Below are positions 52,922 through 61,371 of a DNA stretch of 61,371 nucleotides, piece by piece. This stretch comes from Paramecium tetraurelia (lineage: Eukaryota): the NCBI GenBank assembly GCA_000165425.1, contig CT868307.1, positions 434,001-495,371 on the forward strand, given 5' to 3'. Both the position numbers and the translations under genes were made by a program. The notes under the pieces are model-generated. The model was not told the DNA's origin. It did no database searches and saw only the letters and a program-made list of their open reading frames with translations. The first letter of the stretch is position 1. The number at the start of each line of letters is the position of its first letter.

Positions 52922-55385
52922 ATGAGTAATAAAATCTATAAAAATAATATCAAAAGCCTTTATTAAACACAAATATCACGTGCGAAAGATATATTTAAAA
53001 CCTTAATTAACTATCAATTCCAAATAAATTCAATTCAATATTAAAAATATGAAGAAGCAATTCAAATTGATAATTGGGAAAGTTAATACACTTAGAATAT
53101 CAAATAAAGGGATAAACGCAAAAAAACATATCAAAATAGTTAAAAACACTAAGATTTTTCTATTTAATAAAGTCATGAGGATCCAAATGATTTTTATAGA
53201 AATGGTAAAGAACTCCTACATTATTCATTAGCAAAGATTTTAAGAAATTTGAAAAGGTTTCAGGAGGCATTAGAATATTATGACTGTGCTATATAAAAAA
53301 ATCCTTAAAATCCAAAAGCCTATAATTGTAAAGGTAAGTCAAAATATATTTTTAGGCAATACTTTAAAACAGTTGAGTAGATATGAAGAGGCGTCATAAT
53401 ACTATGATCATGCTATTGAAAAAAATCCTTAAAATCCAAAATATTATTTCAATAAGGGTAAAAATAAAATCAAACAAAAGCAAATATATTAGATGACATG
53501 AATAAATTTGATGAAGCACTAAAATACTATGATTAAACCATTTAGCTAAATCCTGAAGATCCCAACGTTTACAATAATAAAGGTAAGTTTACAATCAATT
53601 AAAAGCATTTACATTAAGAAAGAAATTCATGTTTGAAGAAGCATTAGCAAATTATGATTTGGCAATTTTAAAAAATCCTCAAAATCATACATTCTACATC
53701 AGCAAAGGTATAAATAAAAATATTTCTTAAGCAAATACATTATATGATATGAAAAGATTTGAATAAGCATTAGTATACTATGATTATGCGATTTAAATTA
53801 ATCCTGAAGATCCAAAAGCATACAATAATAAAGGTATTGATCATAGATTAGTCGTAAGCAAATATTCTAAAAGAGATGAAAAGATTTGAAGAAGCATTAC
53901 AGAATTATGATTTGGCAATTTTAAAAAATCCTGAACATCATGAGTTCTATGGAAATAAAGGTATAAATAAAAACATTTCTTAAGCAAATACATTAAAAGA
54001 TATGAAAAGATTTGAAGAAGCATTAGTATAATATGATTATGCGATTTAACTTAATCCTGAAGATCCAAAAATGAATATCAATAAAGGTATTATTATAAGT
54101 TATTGATAAAGCAAACACATTAAAAGTGTTGTTTCGGAATAAGGAAGCATTATAATAATACGATTATGCAATTTAAAAAAATCCTGAAGACCCAAAGGTT
54201 TACAATAACAAAGGTAAAATTGCCACTGATCTTTAGCAATAACTTTAAATCAGATGAATAGATACGAAGAAGCATTAGAATGTGAAGATTGCGCCATTTC
54301 CTTAAATCCTGAGAATTCAAATTATTACTCGAATAAAGGTAACAAATAGAACATAATTTTGAAGCAAAAACATTAATGAATCTGCTTAGATTTGAAGAAG
54401 CAAATCAAAACTATGATTTAGCTATTTAGAATAACCCTGAAGATTCAGACTTATTAAATAATAAAGGTAAAATTTAAATAAATTTACTTAGCAAATGTAT
54501 TAGTTCGTTTGGGAAAATATGATGAAGCATTAAAATTTTTTAGATTATGCAATTAGTAATAACCCAAACAATGCACTTTATTTTTTTAATAAGGGTAATA
54601 AAATCTAAAGAATTATGAAGGAAATGTATTAGAAGATCTGGGAAGATTTGATGAAGCGTTATAATACTATGACTATGCAATTTAGTAAAAGCCTGATGAT
54701 CCAACTTTTTATTGTATTAAAGGTAGAAGTAATAATATTTGTAAGCAAATATTTTAATCAAGCAGAATAAATATAAGGAAGCATTATAAATCTGCAATTA
54801 TGCGATTTAGATAAATCCTGAGGATCCAAACATATTAAGTATTAAAGGTAAAAAAATACTAATTTAAGGAACTGCATTACAATAGATGGGGAACTTTGAA
54901 GAAGCATTGCAATATTTTGATAAAGCTATTTAAAAAAATCCAGAAAAATCACTTTATTATAATGATAAAGGTAAAAGTTGCCAATTTATAATGAGCTAAT
55001 ACATTAGATAAAATGGGAAGATATGCACAAGCTTTGTAAAATTATGATTATGGAATTTAGAAAAATCCTGAAGATACAGAAATAATGTTTAATAAAGGTA
55101 AAATTTATAAGTCATTGCAAGCAAATACATTAATTCGATTAAATAAGTTAGAAGAGGCGTTAAAATATTTGGATTTAGTCGTTTAAAAAAACCCCTAACA
55201 ATCTTGAATATTGTGTCGGTAAAGGCTTAACATTATTTAAATTGAACAAATTAAAAGAAGCATTACCATGCTTCAAATTCGCTCTTTAAAAAAATCTTAA
55301 TGATACCTTAAAATAATAGCTTGAAAGAATAATTCTGATAATTGAAGAAACAATTGCAGATGAGATAATACCTTAGTAAATTTGA
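52922..55385 (+). CDS. TPR-repeat protein (about 17 repeats); two 1-nt insertions make it a possible pseudogene
   Basis: Repeats of type ANTLxxMKRFEEALxYYDxAIQKNPEDPxxYNNK; 16 tiny introns; extra T at 54536-54541 and extra C at 55192-55195. Confidence 0.85.
53205..55225 (+). repeat. tandem exon-intron array: 102-nt exon plus 21-27-nt phase-1 intron (about 125-nt period)
   Basis: Exons 53232-53333 and 53356-53457 were measured at 102 nt. Every junction reads AA(A/G)G|gta...ag|(C/G)N. Confidence 0.9.
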
Positions 55386-55599
55386 AATATTTTTATTAAG
55401 AAATATTATATTCTTTACAAAATTTGAAATCTTTTCATAAGCTATGATGTTTGATGATTCCATTGTTTCACTTATAACTTATTATACTGTCTTTGATAAC
55501 TGAATATCTAGAAATATATATAGTAGTATTAAATATGTGAAAGAACAGTAGGACTAGTCCAAAGTTAATATTTCTGACAATTGTATCATCAAAAATTTG

Positions 55600-58500
55600 T
55601 TGACATGTTTTTAAATTAATAAAATAACTGCCTGCAGATATTGTGCTCCTATTATTTTGGAACTAACAATTTGTTTGCAAAACTTGTTATATAGCAGTAA
55701 ACTATACACATCAAGACAGTTTCGCTAATTAATCAGGAGGAGTAGGAAGATGACTTAATAAACTCAAACTATGAAGGAATAAGTTGGTTTTTTAATTTCT
55801 GAATTAATAACATCCTCCCTCATTGAGAAGTAATACTATATCTTTACAAAAGGAGACATTATCATTAGAAGAGACTTTTACTACTGAATTAATATTGAGT
55901 ACTTCAGTTCATTGATACACATATAACTATTCAATAATATTTCGATTGGGCACACTAAATTTAAATTATGGAGTGTTGTCTTAAAATTCATTGAATTATG
56001 AGTCAATAAAAAGCCAGTCTCATCTATTTAATTCAAAATACCTAGATAATTGAAATAAACCTGATGTAAAAGAAGCTTTGAGATCGAGCATCTGATTTAT
56101 TTAAGAATCTTTTACAGGAAATTTTATTCTTAAACTTTTTCTGCAATCGCCTATTCTATAATAGTCACCCTCATTACCTAACATCTGTTCATTTTACACT
56201 AATTTGTGCAGAGTTCGCAGTTGCAGATGAACTGACTCTATCATATCTTAAATTTGTTTAATTTTGCTACACTAGTGTTGCATCAACATTGTTTCATTTT
56301 AGACCTTTTAGCGTCTTCAGTTAACATCACCTCATGTAAAATTACTTTGCTTTTACTTTCTTCCTGTCTTGCTTACTTTGTGGTTAAGATATTTACAATA
56401 TCACCTGGCGCTTTTGTCCAATTATAATTGTATAATATATGTATTACTCTGATACCACAATCACTGGTCAGTTAAGTGTACAACATTGTTAGGTTTTTAA
56501 TTCAGTTACTGAGGTATCCATTGTATTTATGATTTTTTATTTAACGGTGCTGTGCTAGCCCATTTTATAAAGATTACTAGTCTTTATTTAAATTAGTTAT
56601 GTTTTGATTGCTAATTATGTAGTGATGCCAAAAGAGTGTCCAACTTTTGATACGTGGTTTTAGATATCATTCTTACTTGATCACCTTAGAGCATTAAATA
56701 CTTATGGTAAAACCTAACAATATTATTAAGGAGTTGTAATATCATGTACACTTGGAAATTCCACAGGTGGATGCTGTACTAATAGTGATATTATGATGGC
56801 ACATTTAATACTTAAACTCTGTTTTGAAAGGCTTCTGATAAAGTTCAAAATTGTTGTTTTATACTGCCCACTAGACTAAATACTCATAAATTCTTCTTTG
56901 TATTCATTCCTATTTATCAAGTACTTCAAGCAATTTAGCGTTTTTGGAAAACTTGTTATCATTTTCATCTTACGTTTTAAGCAGTAGTATGAAAGTTATA
57001 CGAGATTCTTGTTTCTGTAATTGTTATTTCTTCTACTAAATAGGAAATCAATCAAATAAAATAACTAGATGCGTTAGAATCCAATATCATCAACCAGGTC
57101 TAAAGAAACCTTAAGGGTGGAATTCTTTTGCCTTTTAAGATCATCACACATGGCATATTGTTATAAACTTTTTCTCCAACCGCCTACTATTTTATTAATT
57201 CGTTTCTACACATCCAAAACATCATCAATAAAGCCAGTATCTCTGATCGCTAGTATATCATAGAATTTCATCGGTATCCTTAGTATTTGTATTTGCACCC
57301 GAATAAAACATGTGAGGATTCAAATTCAACATCTCCCTTACCTTAAACAGCAAAATCTGGTAATAATGCAGAGTCCCAACATTATTAAGTAATCAGATGT
57401 TTCACCTTGTATATATATACAGAGTAAATTCTAATGCCGAGTCAAACAACACAGTATTTTACGATTGATCCCTCTAATCACCTATAATACTGAAATAAAT
57501 TTTGTAAGAAATACTGAACTCTAACATTTGTCTATAGGATGTTGATGACAAGACTCTTCATCAATTTGTGAAACATCTTGTAAATGATGTTCTGATGCTG
57601 AAGATGATAAAAACCTTTCCTCTCTTGAAATATAATGCTCATGCACGTCGTTAAAGCTAAGCTTTAATGCTTATAGTTTGATGAATTATGTGTTTTGGGT
57701 TTTTTTACTATTGTATTCAAATTTGATTGATGTTACAATTATATCACATTTGATGTATCGATTTAATCATTCCTTACTACTTGCACTTTTATGCCTCGTG
57801 TATTCCATCGTGTATACTCCTTATAATAATGAAAGGCGTAAAAGAATTGTAACATTTACTTTTTGAATCAAAAGGACAATTATGTCCTTCAGAAATATAG
57901 CTATGGATTTAAAACTTTTGGCATTCAGGCCTAAATTTTATATATTTTTTAGAATAAACTACTAATTACAGTAATGTTCGATAATTTACATCCTTCTTCA
58001 CAGCCATTATTTGACACTTATCCTAAGTTTCCTAAAAAGCCTACTATTGTTTGCAATGATGTTAGCGATGTTATATTTATTTGATCGATTTTTCTACTGT
58101 GGCAAGTAGAATATATAACTTAGAATTTGAGCAGCCCTTAATTATCAAAAAGGAGTCATCACTAGCATCTTCACCTGAAAATGGATATATTCCATATTGC
58201 GATGAAAACACTTAGGTAAATTTACAGTAGATTTTGTGATTCCAAGTCCTCTCTTGCCGTTTATATTTAAAATATTGCTCAAAATAATATACAAGCTACA
58301 TTCAATTCTCCTATATATGATTGAACAACGCTTGCTTAACGTGCACAACTTTGAACACTTTTTTTTATATTATTTATCAAGCTCTTAAGCTAGTGTAATG
58401 CATATTTCATAAGATTCTTATTCTTGGCACTGCCTGCAGCGTAGATGCTATAATTGAGGTAACAAATGCAGATTCAACTTATGCTTTACAGTCTTATGAT

Positions 58501-61100
58501 CGAGGGGATTTAACTATTTAGCTAAAACAACTGACAAATTATATGATGGCTTATGCTCTCATAATAGTTGAAGTTCTTTTGCTTCCTGTTATCTCCAAGA
58601 AACAAAATAGAAATACTATCATTGTTTATAATTTGCTGATGATTAGGCTGGAACAATCAATTTGTGATCATTTCTATCATGAAGCATCCAATTTTTAGAT
58701 TGGTAGTGATGGCTCACGATTCTTATTATGAATCTAAGGATGCATGAGCTTGCGTTTTATTACTAAGGTCTCAGCTTCAAGTAGCATTATAAAAGTTTTT
58801 CAAGTTATAGGTTCATTTATAACTAACTTTAAAATGTGACGCCTATCATGATGAACCCATTAAGATATTAATATTTCTATAGCACATTGTAATTATTTGC
58901 ATTAATTTGTGCTACCAATAATTACTGATCGTTAGGTAGATTGTGTAGATTGCGATCGTATTAATGTTCATATGTTAAATATTATTTAACTGAATCTTAT
59001 TAGACACAAACCCTCTACAATTTGATAAATAAATATCCAGTTGTGTAACTTTTGGTACCACGGGGTGACTGCAATTATTAAACTTGCACTTAGAGGTTGA
59101 TGGTGCCATAGAATATAATGTTTTAGTTCGTAATTTGTTCTGTTGAATGGCTATCATGTATTGAGCAAAGAATGAAGTGCTTCTTGTTCGTAAATGTTCA
59201 TTTTCATGACGCTTTATATTACGATCAAGCTCATACACTACTATCACCATTGGATACAACATCAACACTAGAGATTAACAGTAAAGATTTTTGTTCAACT
59301 CTTTACCTAAGTTCTTGCTGTCAGCCACTTAATCTCATCAATTTGTAGCTGGCTAATTCAGAAATAGTGCCATTCTATAATCTGTACTAATCATCACAAG
59401 CTTGCAATTTTTATAACTATAGCATTAGTTGATACTTCTGGTTAGTTTAAACGCCGCATTGATGAAGATTATGAAACATAACCAAAAAATCAGCTCTATT
59501 TATATAGACATACTCAAGGCGTATTTATGGATGTTTATATCTCACTGCTTGAACTTTTGCTAGTAGTTACCAACATATGTACAATAGTATCACCGTTACA
59601 AGATTGTCAATAATCAGTAAAATATATAGGGCTAGAGGAATTTTGTAGTATGAGTGCTAAATTCTGAGCAAGCAGCACATGTATTCACACTAATTGCACT
59701 ATTTAAAAGGACAACCTCAAAGTATCAGTAAGCTACATATGGAGGATGAATATGTAAAGTAAGCATCACATGGGCAGATTAATGGTTCAATTCCTATTAA
59801 ATATAAACTTTTATTACCTATCCAGATACCCTTAATATAGCTACTTTTGGATTTCATCATTAATTTAAGTGACGAAATAGTCAGGTTTGAGTTCTATCAA
59901 TTAAGATTACAAGATTCAAGTGATAAGCATTAATAGATGAACCTCAATTAAGAATGAATAAGATAGATCTTTTATTATTATCAGAAAGCACAAGTGTGGG
60001 GTAGTTAACACATGGAAACATCAATTCTTCAAGAATTTCATATGTCTCTTTCAAGGACAGCTGAAATAAAGATGAGTTGAAAAAGCTTTCGCAATAATCT
60101 TTAAATTCCTCTCCCAATTTACAAACAATACAATGTTCAAGAGGTGTTTCTTCTTAATTCAGAGCGATTATTATAATTTTAACAAAGCGATTATCAATAT
60201 TGATTATAATTTTGCAAGATATTGCCAAAAATGCAGGCTAGGAATTGGCCCAATGCTTTTTATGAGATTCATTCGCCGAAAGCAATTATTTTATATATGA
60301 TGTAAGGAGGTAGGATAAATAGGTTGCACCTTCATCCACTACTAATAAAAATGAAGTACAGCTATGCACTTTTTTAAGATACATTATTAAAATTAACATG
60401 TTGAGAAATATTTTAAGACAATATGATGTACAAATTTTAATAAATTGTAGCTTAAAGCTTGCAGTTTGTGGAAACAATTAAAAATGAATACAGTTTATCT
60501 AGTTCATTTGAATAGAACGGCTAGCACATAAAGAAATAAATTAGGAACAAGTGTTTATAATTAAAGTGAGACCAGATGCACAAAATCAGAGTATTTACTT
60601 GTTGCAGAACTCAAGTGAGCTTTGCAAGATTTAATAGTAGCCCTTTAGTGTAAGAGCATAGTAGTGGTTTATTAAATGTTATGTTAAATACTCTACTCTC
60701 GCTATCAGACTTTTTGAAAAAGACATTATGTGGATCATGAACCACAGTAAACATGATTTTTTGTTATACCAAAATATCCAAATACTAAATGATTTAATAA
60801 TACTATTTAATACAACTGCTTAATATCTGCAAGTTGATAAGTGAATGGAGATGCACATTAAAGATATTTGAAAGCCAACTCGAAAGTCTCAACAAGTACT
60901 AGATTTCAAGATGGCTGATAAAATAAAGCCTTTAATATTTTTATAAACTGTTTATCCAATTTTGCAATTTTTGACACGATATACCTGCATTTATATCAAA
61001 TTGGGCTACCAAGTTGATTAAACAACACTTTGGGAACAGCGCCTAATATGGCAGCATTCTCACAAGCAATGCAGTACTGTAACTTTTATAGCAGAATAAG
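55600..61100 (+). pseudogene. heavily decayed Cys/Thr/Ser-rich gene, resembling a surface-antigen-like repeat protein
   Basis: No long open frame. Plus-strand fragments include SCTLGNSTGGCCT (56742), GTACSVDA (58426) and CSMSAKF*ASSTCIHTNCT (59644). Boundaries are approximate. Confidence 0.4.
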
Positions 61101-61210
61101 TTTAATAACAAGTATGTTTTTTAAAGAAAAAGAGTTATTTATTATTATTATTATTGCTACTTAACATAAATATAAACTCAATCAATCAGTCATGAATAAA
61201 CTAATAACAT

Positions 61211-61363
61211 TTTGGGCTTGGGTTTGGGTTTGGGTTTGGGTTTGGGTTTGGGGCTCGGGTTTGGGTTTGGGGTTTGGGTTTGGGTTTGGGGTTGGGGGTC
61301 GGATTTGGGGTTGGGTTTGGGGTTGGGGTTGGGGTTGGGGTTGGGATTGGGGTTGGGGTTGGG
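61211..61363 (+). repeat. macronuclear telomere, mixed TTTGGG/TTGGGG repeats
   Basis: About 150 nt of G3T3 and G4T2 units with a few variants, G-strand running toward the sequence end. Confidence 0.97.
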
Positions 61364-61371
61364 CATATGCC

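Noticed and set aside
53205..55225. Regular about 125-nt periodicity resembling a CRISPR array
   Set aside because: The units are degenerate protein-coding TPR exons with spliceosomal introns in a eukaryote; there are no invariant repeats or cas genes.
755..60477. Many short ORFs in the provided track (e.g. 755-985, 6521-6841, 8806-9006, 27728-28051, 45820-46071, 46370-46594)
   Set aside because: They are antisense or off-frame shadows of real genes; the track used the standard code and ignored introns.
61141..61155. (ATT)5 microsatellite near the telomere as a possible breakage signal
   Set aside because: Expected by chance in very AT-rich DNA, and there is no evidence of function.

Overview
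This is AT-rich, gene-dense ciliate DNA: the end of a macronuclear chromosome from Paramecium, most likely the P. aurelia complex (e.g. P. tetraurelia). Genes read open only if TAA/TAG encode Gln and TGA is the sole stop. Introns are tiny (about 21-31 nt, GT..AG), and the window ends in mixed TTTGGG/TTGGGG telomeric repeats. The supplied ORF track used the standard code, so it shows only fragments. Manual translation with the ciliate code gives about 25 genes: an ABCA transporter, a PAS-like membrane protein, an HSF factor, two kinases, a triple-PH protein, RPL27A, a Tul1-like RING ligase, SDHAF1, a mitotic cyclin, an anoctamin, a trichocyst matrix protein, two Kelch proteins, two Myb factors, a YeeE/YedE transporter, a CNBD K+ channel, a TPR array and several hypothetical proteins. 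There are also several pseudogenes. Highlights: (1) an ankyrin-anoctamin-B-box-EF-hand protein whose canonical intramembrane Ca2+ ligands are substituted; (2) a Kelch protein fused to a degenerate MORC/GHKL module; (3) a subtelomeric TPR gene built of 102-nt one-repeat exons with phase-1 introns; (4) a hidden SelW-like CxxU selenoprotein relic with a degenerate SECIS; (5) head-to-head genes whose ATGs are 17 nt apart. All gene models and family calls are by eye; no searches were run.
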